Positions 19,632 to 29,480 are shown, numbered from the stretch's first letter. The stretch is DNA of 64,000 nt from an uncultured virus (IMG/VR IMGVR_UViG_3300036770_001202) (IMGVR_UViG_3300036770_001202); one strand, 5' to 3'. The notes: generated by a model not told the origin, from the letters alone. Numbers and translations are program-made.

Positions 19632-21521
19632 ATGGCTATAAGTCTCATCTCACCAGGAATCAAGATCACAGAACAAGACCTTGTTTCCTCACAAGCCACC
19701 GTTGCAACAACAACTGGTGCATTCTCTGGACAATTCCGTTGGGGACCTATTGAAAAAGCAACCGCAGTTCAGTCTGAGGTTGATCTAGTATCTCAGTTTG
19801 GTAAGCCAAATGCAACAAATGCAGTTGACTTCCTTTCTGCCGCTAACTATCTTGGATATGCTGCTCCTCTATATGTTGTCCGTGTCGCTAACACCGCATT
19901 GAATGCTACCGCTGAAGCAACTACCGGCTCAGGTACCGCTGGTACAGGTCAACTGATCAAAAACGATGATGCGTATATCAATACAGCATCGTTCAACGTT
20001 GGTCCATGGATTGCTAGATACGCTGGCGCACTTGGAAACTCTCTGAAAGTTTCTACTTGCCCATCGTCTGCTGCATGGGAATCAGCACTTACAGGTACAT
20101 TTACAGTTACCGCAGGTTCTACTGCTGTTGTTGGTTCAGGTTCAGCAGCAAATACCGAACTGACTGTTGGCGATCTGTTCGTATGCGAAGGACGTTCAAT
20201 TAAAGTTTCTGCAATCACAAACGCAACACACTTCACTCTTGCTTCTGCACACCTAACTGGTGCTTCAGGCGCAACTGCTTCACGCCGTTGGGAATACTTC
20301 GGTGAGTTTGATGAGGCTCCAGGCACATCAACCTACACTTCAGCAAGATCAGGTTCCGGTGACGAAATGCACGTTGTTGTTGTCGATCAAGATGGCGACA
20401 TTACTGGTGCTGCTGATACTGTTGTTGAAAAATTTGCTTTAGTTTCTAAAGCATCTGACGCAAGAGCAGACAATGGTGGTTCAAACTACTATAAAGATGT
20501 TATCAACAACACTTCTTCATATGTTTACTGGACTGACCATGACAATGCAGGTTCAAATTGGGGTAACACCGCAGCAGGAACAACTTTCACCTCAGTAACA
20601 GTTCCAAAGAACTACAGCCTAGCAGGCGGTTCAGATGGTACTGCACTTACAGATGGTGACAGAACAACTGGTTATCTGTTGTTTGCAAACAAGTCAGAAG
20701 TTCCATCACCAATCGTTGTAACTGGTCAGGCATCTGCTTCAATTGTTAATCGCGTTATTGCAGACGTTGCAGAAGTTCGTAAAGACGCAGTTGTTGCAAT
20801 TTCACCAACAAGAGCAAGCGTAGTAAACAATGCTGGTTCTGAAGTAACATCAATCCTTTCTTGGGCTGATAGTATCACACGTTCAACTTATGTTGTTGCA
20901 GATAGCGGCTGGAAGTATCAGTATGACCGCTACAATGACAACTACGTTTATGTTCCTCTGAACGCAGACGTTGCAGGTTGCATGGGCAGAAACGATTCTG
21001 TTCGTGAGCCATGGCTGTCACCAGCAGGTTACACAAACGGCAACATTCAGAATCTAGTTCGTCTTGCTTTCAATCCAAATCAGACTGAAAGAGACTTGCT
21101 TTACAAGTCAGCAGTTAACCCAGTTATTACTCAAGTTGGTAAGGGTACTGTTCTGTTTGGAGACAAGACATTCACCGTTAAGAATACTTCTCTGAATCGT
21201 ATTAACGTTCGTAAACTGTTCATCGAACTACAAAATACAATCGGATCAGCAGCAGAGAATGTTCTGTTCGATCAGAATGACGCAATTACAAGAAACAACT
21301 TCGTTAACCTAGTTGTTCCATATCTGCGTAGTGTTCAGGCTCGCCGTGGTATTACAGCATTCCGTGTTGTTTGCGATGAAAGCAACAACCCAGAATCAGT
21401 AGTAAACGCAAACGAATTTGTATGCGATATCTTCGTTCAGCCTGTTCGTTCTGTCAACTTCGTTCAACTTAACTTTGTTTCTGTAAGGGGCAACGCTACA
21501 TTTACTGAGATTGCTGGCTAA
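19632..21521 (+). CDS. gp18: Tail sheath protein gp18
   Basis: SPGIKITEQD, FRWGP, PWLSPAG and LNRINVRKLF. Confidence 0.97.
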   Translation: MAISLISPGIKITEQDLVSSQATVATTTGAFSGQFRWGPIEKATAVQSEVDLVSQFGKPNATNAVDFLSAANYLGYAAPLYVVRVANTALNATAEATTGSGTAGTGQLIKNDDAYINTASFNVGPWIARYAGALGNSLKVSTCPSSAAWESALTGTFTVTAGSTAVVGSGSAANTELTVGDLFVCEGRSIKVSAITNATHFTLASAHLTGASGATASRRWEYFGEFDEAPGTSTYTSARSGSGDEMHVVVVDQDGDITGAADTVVEKFALVSKASDARADNGGSNYYKDVINNTSSYVYWTDHDNAGSNWGNTAAGTTFTSVTVPKNYSLAGGSDGTALTDGDRTTGYLLFANKSEVPSPIVVTGQASASIVNRVIADVAEVRKDAVVAISPTRASVVNNAGSEVTSILSWADSITRSTYVVADSGWKYQYDRYNDNYVYVPLNADVAGCMGRNDSVREPWLSPAGYTNGNIQNLVRLAFNPNQTERDLLYKSAVNPVITQVGKGTVLFGDKTFTVKNTSLNRINVRKLFIELQNTIGSAAENVLFDQNDAITRNNFVNLVVPYLRSVQARRGITAFRVVCDESNNPESVVNANEFVCDIFVQPVRSVNFVQLNFVSVRGNATFTEIAG

Positions 21522-21551
21522 ATAAAAGGAACAGATTAAGGAGACAGAAAG

Positions 21552-22103
21552 ATGGCAATTACTACAATATCAAGTCTGACTAGTGCTATCAGAACTGGTG
21601 CTCGTTCTAATCTGTTCCGAGTGGTACCAACATTCGGAACAGCATTACAGACTACCGGTAGTGCGACCATTGAAGAATTCAGTTTTCTATGTAAGGCTGC
21701 TCAATTACCCGGCTCAACAGTTGGGTTAATTGAAATTCCTTTTATGGCAGGCAGACGATTCAAGGTTGCAGGAGATAGAACTTTTGCTGAATGGACTACA
21801 ACAATTCTTAACGATAAAAATCAAAGAATTCGTCAGTTAGTCGAAGACATTCAGAAAAAATATGGTGTTATCAACTACGAAGAAACATTCGCAAAAGAAA
21901 TTGACGATAGCGCAGTTTCTTCAGAATATTCAACAATGTTGGTTGAACAATTAGATCAAACAGGTTCGGTTATTCACACATACAAATTAGAGAATTGCTG
22001 GCCTAGCGATATCAGCACAATCGACTTGTCATACGATACCACCGATACCATTGAAGAATTTACTGTGACTTGGTCATTCGACTACTTCACAACTGTAGAA
22101 TAA
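21552..22103 (+). CDS. gp19: Tail tube protein gp19, copy 1
   Basis: GARSNLF, CKAAQLPG, AGDRTFAEW and IEEFTVTW. Confidence 0.9.
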   Translation: MAITTISSLTSAIRTGARSNLFRVVPTFGTALQTTGSATIEEFSFLCKAAQLPGSTVGLIEIPFMAGRRFKVAGDRTFAEWTTTILNDKNQRIRQLVEDIQKKYGVINYEETFAKEIDDSAVSSEYSTMLVEQLDQTGSVIHTYKLENCWPSDISTIDLSYDTTDTIEEFTVTWSFDYFTTVE

Positions 22104-22117
22104 TGTAGGGGAAAGAT

Positions 22118-22723
22118 ATGGCAACCACACAAGACGAACTGTTTAGTATTTCAAAATTTAGAGAAACGCTAGGTACTGGTGCTAGGGCTAACCTCTTCCG
22201 TTGTTTCATTAGTGCGCCAACGGACTTGTCAGACTCGAATGGTATTTTCACAGACGAAAGTAAGTTTTCTTTCCTCTGCCGTTCTGCTGCAATTCCAGCA
22301 ATGACATTAGGCGTAATTGAAGTACCATTCAGAGGAAGAAGAATTAAAGTCCCTGGTGATAGAACATTTGCAGACTGGACTGTTACTGTTATCAACGATG
22401 AGAAGCAGCAAATGCGTAAGATCATGGATCAATGGATGAAACTCATCATTAATCCTGATGGTGAACTTGCGCTTAGAGATAGCGATGCTGATTATCGTTC
22501 AACAATTATGATCGATCATTACAGAGCGGATGGATCGGTAAGCAGAGTTTATAATCTTTACAATGCTTTCCCAACTGACGTTTCTGCAATTGATTTGTCG
22601 TATGATACTACAGACGCAATCCAAGAATTCACAATTACCTTCCAATACACTCACATGGATGTTGGTGGTACAAGTGAGTCTGGAGATGCTTCTCAGCCAG
22701 CAACATCGACTACATCTCGCTAA
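22118..22723 (+). CDS. gp19: Tail tube protein gp19, copy 2
   Basis: GARANLF, CRSAAIP, PGDRTFADW and IQEFTITF. Confidence 0.88.
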   Translation: MATTQDELFSISKFRETLGTGARANLFRCFISAPTDLSDSNGIFTDESKFSFLCRSAAIPAMTLGVIEVPFRGRRIKVPGDRTFADWTVTVINDEKQQMRKIMDQWMKLIINPDGELALRDSDADYRSTIMIDHYRADGSVSRVYNLYNAFPTDVSAIDLSYDTTDAIQEFTITFQYTHMDVGGTSESGDASQPATSTTSR

Positions 22724-22743
22724 AATTGACCGATACGCAATGA

Positions 22744-22751
22744 TATAAATA
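22744..22751 (+). promoter_or_regulatory. T4-type late promoter for the portal gene, in the loop of an inverted repeat
   Basis: TATAAATA flanked by TACGCAA and TTGCGTA. Confidence 0.85.
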
Positions 22752-22776
22752 GTTGCGTAATAGTCAATCATACTCA

Positions 22777-22805
22777 AATGGGGGCTATTACGCCCCCATT
22801 TTTTT
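22777..22805 (+). terminator. Rho-independent terminator (probably conditional) in the portal leader
   Basis: AAATGGGGGC-tattac-GCCCCCATTT followed by Ts. Confidence 0.8.
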
Positions 22806-22817
22806 AGGAAAGATAAC

Positions 22818-24374
22818 ATGGCGATAAAATTATTTGGATATAAAATTGGCAAAGATGAAGAATTGCCAGAGGTAAAGTCATTCGCACCACCCACACAAGA
22901 AGACGGTTCAGTTGCAATCGCCGGCGGTGGCGTTTATGGCATATATACCGATCTTGAAGGTTCGATTCGTAATGATGCAGACTTAATCAAACGATATCGA
23001 GAAATGGCACTTCAGCCAGAATGCGATACCGCAATTGAAGATATCGTAAACGAAGCAATTGTTTATGGCGATGGTGATTATCCAGTTCAAATTATTCTTG
23101 ATAAACTTGAACAGCCCGAATCTGTCAAGAAAAAAATTCGAGAAGAATACTATCAGATTATGAAGTTGCTGGACTTCAACAATCAAGGCTACGATATTTT
23201 CAGACGTTGGTATGTTGATGGTAGACTTTACTATCACATGATGATTGATGAAAAAAATCCTCGTCAAGGACTTAAGGAGATTCGTTACATTGATCCCCGA
23301 AAAATACGCAAAGTTCGTGAAAATAAAAAATCAAAACAAGTTTTAGGACAAACACAACAAGTCATACCTGAATCAAACGAATATTTCATTTATTCTGCTA
23401 AAGGATTTAACAATGATGGCAATCAAGGACTAAAAATTGCTCCCGATTCTATCTGTTATGTTCATTCTGGTGTAACAGATAAAGATGGAAAAATTATTGT
23501 TTCTCATCTACACAAAGCACTCAAGCCACTCAATCAGTTGCGTATGCTTGAAGATGCTACAGTAATCTATCGTATCTCTCGCGCACCAGAACGTAGAATT
23601 TTCTACATCGATGTTGGTAATCTACCTAAGATGAAGGCAGAACAATACCTGCGCGAAATCATGCAGAAGTATAAAAACAAATTAGTATACGATGCACAGA
23701 CTGGTGAGATTCGTGACGATAGAAGATTTCAGACAATGCTTGAAGACTTTTGGCTGCCACGAAGAGAAGGTGGTCGAGGAACTGAAATCACCACGCTGCC
23801 TGCGGGTCAAAATCTAGGTGAAATTGAAGACGTTCTATATTTTCAAAAGAAACTCTACAAAGCACTTAATGTTCCAATCTCAAGACTTGAAGCAGATAAT
23901 GGGTTCTCACTTGGTCGTGCATCGGAAATCACTCGCGATGAACTAAAATTTTCTAAATTTATTTCAAGATTGCGCTTGCGTTTCTCTCACTTGTTTGATA
24001 GATTGCTTGAAACACAATTGTTACTCAAGGGAGTATGTACCAAAGCAGAATGGACAATGATCAAAGAAGACATTTCATATGACTTCATGAACGATATGCA
24101 TTTTGCCGAACTCAAAGAAGTAGAAATTCTTAAAGAACGTCTTGGTATTCTTGGTGATGTTGACAATTATGTTGGTAAGTATTTCTCTCAAGCATGGGTT
24201 CGTAAACATGTTCTAAGACAAACTGAAGATGAAATTGAAGAACTTGATAAAGAAATGGAAGAAGAATCGGCTGATGAGCCAGATGAATTGCCTCCTGTTC
24301 CTGAACCTCAACCAACACAATCTGTTGGTTCTCCACAAGAAGTAGTAATTAATGTGAAGAGATCGGATCAATAA
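22818..24374 (+). CDS. gp20: Portal vertex protein gp20
   Basis: IYRISRAPERRIFYIDVGNLPK and EDFWLPRREGGRGTEITTLP. Confidence 0.97.
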   Translation: MAIKLFGYKIGKDEELPEVKSFAPPTQEDGSVAIAGGGVYGIYTDLEGSIRNDADLIKRYREMALQPECDTAIEDIVNEAIVYGDGDYPVQIILDKLEQPESVKKKIREEYYQIMKLLDFNNQGYDIFRRWYVDGRLYYHMMIDEKNPRQGLKEIRYIDPRKIRKVRENKKSKQVLGQTQQVIPESNEYFIYSAKGFNNDGNQGLKIAPDSICYVHSGVTDKDGKIIVSHLHKALKPLNQLRMLEDATVIYRISRAPERRIFYIDVGNLPKMKAEQYLREIMQKYKNKLVYDAQTGEIRDDRRFQTMLEDFWLPRREGGRGTEITTLPAGQNLGEIEDVLYFQKKLYKALNVPISRLEADNGFSLGRASEITRDELKFSKFISRLRLRFSHLFDRLLETQLLLKGVCTKAEWTMIKEDISYDFMNDMHFAELKEVEILKERLGILGDVDNYVGKYFSQAWVRKHVLRQTEDEIEELDKEMEEESADEPDELPPVPEPQPTQSVGSPQEVVINVKRSDQ

Positions 24375-24391
24375 TTAAAAGTTCCGTTTTT

Positions 24392-24399
24392 TATAAATA
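24392..24399 (+). promoter_or_regulatory. T4-type late promoter
   Basis: TATAAATA. Confidence 0.9.
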
Positions 24400-24426
24400 A
24401 ACACATCAGAATATAGGAGATATACT

Positions 24427-24651
24427 ATGGAAAACATTCAATTAGCAGTAACTAGTGCGGCAGATTCTAAACCAGTAGACTTCAAATCACATATCTTTGA
24501 TGCACTTCAGGCTAAAGTTTATGACGCATTGCAGACTAGAAAAGTTGAAGTTGCAGGTGCATTGTTTAGGGACAATGACGAATCAAACGAAGATAATTTG
24601 GAACAAGAGTTCCAGTCAAGTTCAGAAGGAAACGTAGATGAGGACCTTTAA
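24427..24651 (+). CDS. Small acidic prohead core protein (gp67 position)
   Basis: Immediately after the portal gene; acidic C-terminus. Confidence 0.6.
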   Translation: MENIQLAVTSAADSKPVDFKSHIFDALQAKVYDALQTRKVEVAGALFRDNDESNEDNLEQEFQSSSEGNVDEDL

Positions 24652-25225
24652 GTCATTCATACAAGTAGATGAAATAACGGGCATTGCTCCAAAAGCAAAA
24701 AAGGAGCATGAGTTTGTTCACACTACATATTTGGCACAAACAAAAGACCCAGGCGATTTGGAAAAAGTTGGTCCTGAAGAAGTTGGTCCAAAAGACGTAA
24801 AATCTGGACAAGGTAAACGCCGTGCTGATAGACTGGACAATAAACAACCATTTGGAGAAGAGGCTGTTACAGAAATGAAAACATATAAAAAAATGATGAA
24901 GTCTATGAAAGAAGCAGACTTCACTAAACAGCAAACCAAAATGGCGCACACCATCGGCAAAGAGTTCGAAAAGAAGGGTGTTGGTGACGAAGACAAAGGC
25001 GGACCATATGCAGTTGCTTCAGCAATGGTAAAAGACAAACCCGAAGCAGCAAAAAAAGCATATGCTACTATCAAAGCAAAGATGAAAGAAGAAGCAGCAG
25101 TTGATATTCTATTTAAACTTTACGAAGATTTAAATGAAGACAACAAAGAATTCTTCATGCTAAAACTTGAAGAAGATGCAGAAAGCCTTTTAGAATTTGC
25201 GATTTCACAGGTTGTGGTTGATTAA
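24638..25225 (+). CDS. Putative internal head/prohead core protein
   Basis: N-terminal MRTFKSFIQVDE resembles a capsid-targeting sequence; highly charged. Confidence 0.55.
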   Translation: MRTFKSFIQVDEITGIAPKAKKEHEFVHTTYLAQTKDPGDLEKVGPEEVGPKDVKSGQGKRRADRLDNKQPFGEEAVTEMKTYKKMMKSMKEADFTKQQTKMAHTIGKEFEKKGVGDEDKGGPYAVASAMVKDKPEAAKKAYATIKAKMKEEAAVDILFKLYEDLNEDNKEFFMLKLEEDAESLLEFAISQVVVD

Positions 25226-25227
25226 CT

Positions 25228-25689
25228 ATGGCAAATACTTTAACTTCTCAAAAACTTAAAGATCATGCAACTGCATGGGCTTATAAGTTTACTCATGAAA
25301 ATGATGGTTCGGGTAATGAATCGTTTGTTACAAAAGTTACCGCAAATAATTTGATTGCATCTACTGGTGATGGTTCCTCACAACGTCTTACAATCAACAA
25401 ACTTTTTTGGTCAATTGCATCAGGCGCATCTGCAACACAATCTCCAATCGTCAAACTAAGTTGGAGTGGTGATGCGCCAAACACCGCAGTTACTTTAACT
25501 GGTTCTGGTGTTTTTGATTTAGTCACAAACGGCACTTGCCCAATCACAAACGATATCGCTAATACAAACGGCGATCTTTTAATTTCTACTGTAGGATTTA
25601 CAAACGGTGCTGCATACACAATCATCGTAGAAGGTAAGAAGACAGCAGGATATTCAAGCCGTGAAGTAACTGATGACGGTATCTCCTAA
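25228..25689 (+). CDS. Hypothetical virion protein (beta-rich)
   Basis: In the head module; GDLLIST.GF..GAAYTIIVE.KK C-terminus. Confidence 0.6.
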   Translation: MANTLTSQKLKDHATAWAYKFTHENDGSGNESFVTKVTANNLIASTGDGSSQRLTINKLFWSIASGASATQSPIVKLSWSGDAPNTAVTLTGSGVFDLVTNGTCPITNDIANTNGDLLISTVGFTNGAAYTIIVEGKKTAGYSSREVTDDGIS

Positions 25690-25691
25690 AC

Positions 25692-25991
25692 ATGCTAAGT
25701 TTTAAAGAGTTCATTGCAGAGTCGGAAGTTGACGAAGCAAATTTTGCTAAAGTCAATCGTGTCCGTAGAGATGCAAAAGGAAAAATCGTTATACAAAGAC
25801 GAAAATTTGTTTCCATGCGTCCTGGATATAAAGTTGTTGACGGAAAACTTGTGCGTATGACCTCTCAAGAAAGAATGCATAGAAGACTTGCACAGCGCAA
25901 GGCTGCTAGAAAAAGAAAACCATTGCTATCACGCATTCTAAGAAAAAGAGCAATGTCACTCAGAAGAAGAAAGTCTGCGGGGATCAAATGA
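25692..25991 (+). CDS. gp68: Prohead core protein gp68-like
   Basis: Basic Arg/Lys-rich protein immediately upstream of gp21; starts MLSFKEFIAE. Confidence 0.75.
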   Translation: MLSFKEFIAESEVDEANFAKVNRVRRDAKGKIVIQRRKFVSMRPGYKVVDGKLVRMTSQERMHRRLAQRKAARKRKPLLSRILRKRAMSLRRRKSAGIK

Positions 25992-26635
25992 AATTAATTA
26001 CAGAAATTAACGAACAGGTAAATATTATTACCGAAGAAACAGAAGGCGGCAAGAAGCAGTTCTTCATTGAAGGACCTTTCATGCAGGCTGAACAAAAGAA
26101 CCGTAATGGTAGAGTTTATCCCATTAGTGTTCTTCAAAAAGAAGCAGATCGATATATCAAAGAATACGTTGAAAAGAATCGCGCATATGGCGAGTTAGGA
26201 CATCCTGAAGGTCCAACAATCAACCTCGAAAGAGTATCTCACATGATTAAAGAGTTGCGTCAAGTAGGCAACGACTTTATGGGTAAAGCAAAAATCATGG
26301 ATACTCCTTATGGTAATATTGTTAAGAACCTTATGTTAGAGGGTGCTACTCTAGGTGTTTCTACAAGAGGCATGGGAACTCTTGAAGAAAAGAACGGTGT
26401 TAAATATGTTAAAGATGATTTTTATCTTGCAACCGCTGCCGATATTGTTGCCGATCCTTCAGCACCAGATGCGTTCGTAAGAGGCATTATGGAAAACAAA
26501 GAATGGGTTTGGGAAAACGGAATCATAAAGGAAGTGCAGATTGCACAGTATAGAGACACCATCAAAAAGTCCTCAAAACGCAATTTAGAAGAAAATATGC
26601 TGCGTACCTTTAATGATTTCCTGTCTAAACTATAA
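25988..26635 (+). CDS. gp21: Prohead protease gp21
   Basis: KNRNGRVYP, GELGHP, GVSTRGMG and DIVADPSAPDAFV. Confidence 0.97.
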   Translation: MKLITEINEQVNIITEETEGGKKQFFIEGPFMQAEQKNRNGRVYPISVLQKEADRYIKEYVEKNRAYGELGHPEGPTINLERVSHMIKELRQVGNDFMGKAKIMDTPYGNIVKNLMLEGATLGVSTRGMGTLEEKNGVKYVKDDFYLATAADIVADPSAPDAFVRGIMENKEWVWENGIIKEVQIAQYRDTIKKSSKRNLEENMLRTFNDFLSKL

Positions 26636-26641
26636 TTTTTT

Positions 26642-26649
26642 TATAAATA
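26642..26649 (+). promoter_or_regulatory. T4-type late promoter
   Basis: TATAAATA. Confidence 0.9.
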
Positions 26650-26686
26650 GGTAAGTAAATCTTTAAATACGCATAAGGAGAGTATT

Positions 26687-27496
26687 ATGACTGACAAAAT
26701 TAAGCAAGATGAAGTCATCGAAAATCAGGATGAACTTCATTCTGAAGAAATTGTAAAGGACGAAATCAAAGTTGATGCCACCGAGGATATCAACGCGATT
26801 TTCTCCGGCGAAAATCTTTCTGAAGAATTCAAGGCAAACGCAAAGGCTATTTTTGAAGCCGCTGTAGTTGCAAAAGTTAATGAACAGATTGAACAACTTG
26901 ACGCCGAATATGCTACAAAACTTGAGGAAGAAACTAAAGCAATCAACGAAAACATTGTTGCTAAAGTTGATGAATACCTTGACTATGTTGTTAGCGAGTG
27001 GATGGAACAAAATAAGTTGGCAATTGAGTCTGGAATCAAATCTGAGATTGTTGAAGATTTCATGACTGGATTGAAGAATCTTTTCGTAGAACATTACATT
27101 GATATTCCTGAAGAAAAAGTTGACATGGTTGAAGAACTAGCGTCAAAAGTCGATACTTTGGAAACAGAAATCGACAAGACAGTTACCGAAAACGTTAATC
27201 TGAAAAATCAAATTAACGCATACAAAAAGACAACAATTCTTTCACAAGTAACAGAAGGTTTAACTGAAGTTCAAGCGGCTAAACTGAAAACTCTTGCAGA
27301 AAACATTGAATTTGTATCTGAAGAAGATTACAAAGAAAAACTAAATCTCACAAAGAAAAAGTATTTTGAAGAGTCTAAGGCTCAAGATGTTGCTCCAGCA
27401 AAAGATCAGTTTGAAGCAGAAGACACACTTGACGAAGAATTTTCACCGGTAATGTCTCACTATGTTAAGAGCATTTCTAGAACCCTCAGGAAATAA
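26687..27496 (+). CDS. gp22: Prohead scaffolding protein gp22
   Basis: LSEEFK..A.AIFEAAV and YLDYVVSEW; coiled coil. Confidence 0.95.
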   Translation: MTDKIKQDEVIENQDELHSEEIVKDEIKVDATEDINAIFSGENLSEEFKANAKAIFEAAVVAKVNEQIEQLDAEYATKLEEETKAINENIVAKVDEYLDYVVSEWMEQNKLAIESGIKSEIVEDFMTGLKNLFVEHYIDIPEEKVDMVEELASKVDTLETEIDKTVTENVNLKNQINAYKKTTILSQVTEGLTEVQAAKLKTLAENIEFVSEEDYKEKLNLTKKKYFEESKAQDVAPAKDQFEAEDTLDEEFSPVMSHYVKSISRTLRK

Positions 27497-27501
27497 GTTT
27501 T

Positions 27502-27509
27502 TATAAATA
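27502..27509 (+). promoter_or_regulatory. T4-type late promoter
   Basis: TATAAATA upstream of gp23. Confidence 0.9.
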
Positions 27510-27547
27510 AACTGTAATAACATACACAATACTCAAAGGAGAGAAAT

Positions 27548-28870
27548 ATGAATGTAAATCAACTCGTAAAGAAATGGACTCCAGTTCTGGATCATCCTGA
27601 TCTTGGTGCGATTAAGGACGCACACAAGAGAGCGGTCACAGCACAACTTCTTGAGAACCAAGAAATTTCGTGCCGTGAGAATTCATCTGGCGGCTATCGC
27701 GAGCCAACAAGCCTTCTGTCAGAAGCAGCACCAACAAACGCAATGGGTGCATCTTCTTCAACAGCAGGCGATGGTGCAATTGACATTTATGATCCTGTTC
27801 TGATCAGCCTGGTTCGCCGTGCTGCTCCTAACCTGATCGCTTATGACATTTGCGGCGTTCAGCCAATGACAGGTCCTACAGGTCTGATTTTTGCAATGCG
27901 TTCACGTTACAGCACACAAGGCGGTACTGAAGCATTGTTCAACGAAGCAAATACTGCATTTGCTAACACATCACAGTCACAAACTGGTTCTACTCCAGCA
28001 TCACTTTCAAGTGGTACAGAGTATACAGTTGGTACTGGTCTTACTACCGCTGCTGCTGAAGCACTTGGCGATGGTGTTGGTCAGGGCTTCCAAGAGATGG
28101 CATTCAGCATCGAAAAGGTTGCTGTTACCGCTCGTAGCCGTGCGCTGAAAGCAGAATACACAATGGAACTTGCTCAGGACCTTAAGGCTGTTCACGGTCT
28201 TGACGCAGAGCAAGAACTTGCAAACATTCTGTCTACAGAAATTCTTGCTGAAATCAACCGTGAAGTTGTTCGTCAAGTAAACATTTCTGCAACAATTGGT
28301 GCACAAGAAAACGTAGCATCTGCTGGTACTTTCAACCTTGACGTTGACGCTAACGGTCGTTGGTCAGTTGAAAAGTTCAAGGGTCTGATGTTCCAACTTG
28401 AGCGTGAATCAAACGCAATTGCTAAGGCTACTCGCCGTGGCAAGGGTAACGTTCTGATTTGCTCTTCAGACGTTGCATCCGCACTTCAGATGGCTGGTGT
28501 TCTAGACTATACACCTGCTCTCGCAAACAACCTGCAAGTTGACGATACAGGCAACACATTCGCTGGTGTTCTGAATGGTCGTATCAAGGTCTACATTGAT
28601 CCATACTTCGCAGCATCTTCAGGCGTTCACTACGCTACAATCGGTTACAAAGGTCAGTCCGCATTTGATGCTGGTCTGTTCTACTGCCCATACGTTCCTC
28701 TACAGATGGTTCGTGCAGTTGGTCAGGACACTTTCCAGCCTAAGATCGGCTTCAAGACTCGTTACGGCATGGTTGCAAACCCATTTGCAACATCTGATGC
28801 TGACGGCGTAATCTCGTTCTCTAAAAAGAACACCTACTATCGTAGAATCAACATCACTAACCTGATGTAA
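27548..28870 (+). CDS. gp23: Major capsid protein gp23
   Basis: DICGVQPMTGPTGLIFAMR, ELAQDLKAVHGLDAE and FQPKIGFKTRYG. Confidence 0.98.
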   Translation: MNVNQLVKKWTPVLDHPDLGAIKDAHKRAVTAQLLENQEISCRENSSGGYREPTSLLSEAAPTNAMGASSSTAGDGAIDIYDPVLISLVRRAAPNLIAYDICGVQPMTGPTGLIFAMRSRYSTQGGTEALFNEANTAFANTSQSQTGSTPASLSSGTEYTVGTGLTTAAAEALGDGVGQGFQEMAFSIEKVAVTARSRALKAEYTMELAQDLKAVHGLDAEQELANILSTEILAEINREVVRQVNISATIGAQENVASAGTFNLDVDANGRWSVEKFKGLMFQLERESNAIAKATRRGKGNVLICSSDVASALQMAGVLDYTPALANNLQVDDTGNTFAGVLNGRIKVYIDPYFAASSGVHYATIGYKGQSAFDAGLFYCPYVPLQMVRAVGQDTFQPKIGFKTRYGMVANPFATSDADGVISFSKKNTYYRRINITNLM

Positions 28871-28898
28871 TCGATAGAGCCGACAAAGATCGGACTTC

Positions 28899-28928
28899 AA
28901 AGAGGGCACCTAGGTGCCCTCTTTTTTT
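28899..28928 (+). terminator. Rho-independent terminator
   Basis: AAAGAGGGCAC-ctag-GTGCCCTCTTT followed by Ts. Confidence 0.9.
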
Positions 28929-28932
28929 GTCT

Positions 28933-28940
28933 TATAAATA
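28933..28940 (+). promoter_or_regulatory. T4-type late promoter
   Basis: TATAAATA. Confidence 0.9.
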
Positions 28941-28964
28941 ATGTAAAGCCTTTGAGAGGATTCC

Positions 28965-29480
28965 ATGACAACTTTAAGCACAACACCTATCAATAAGAGT
29001 TTTTTATCTAATAACAAATTTGATTTTGTTTTAGATAGAATTCCTAATTTCACATTCTTTGTTCAGAGTGTGAATCTGCCTTCTCTTGCATTGCAGTCTA
29101 CTACAGTTAATACACCATTTGCACAGTTAAGTATTCCAGGCAATCAATTATCATTTGGTCAATTGACAATGAGTTTCATGGTTGACGAAAACATGCAATC
29201 ATGGTATGAATTATACAATTGGATGTTTCAGTTGGGCAATCCAACAACATTAAATAAAGTAGGAACTCTGAATGGTAAGCCAGGATCAAATAATAGCACC
29301 ACTTCAGATGGTACTCTGTTTATCAAAACAAACTCAAACAATCCAATGTGGAAAGTAAATTTCTTTGAAATGTATCCAAACGATCTTGGTGATATAACTT
29401 TCTCCACAGCAGAAACTCAAGAATTCATAACATCTACCGTAACATTTAATTATACCTATTACGTTGTATCTCAGATTTGA
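28965..29480 (+). CDS. gp3: Tail completion/tube terminator gp3
   Basis: FFVQSVNLP and FMVDENMQSWYELYNWM; follows gp23. Confidence 0.85.
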   Translation: MTTLSTTPINKSFLSNNKFDFVLDRIPNFTFFVQSVNLPSLALQSTTVNTPFAQLSIPGNQLSFGQLTMSFMVDENMQSWYELYNWMFQLGNPTTLNKVGTLNGKPGSNNSTTSDGTLFIKTNSNNPMWKVNFFEMYPNDLGDITFSTAETQEFITSTVTFNYTYYVVSQI

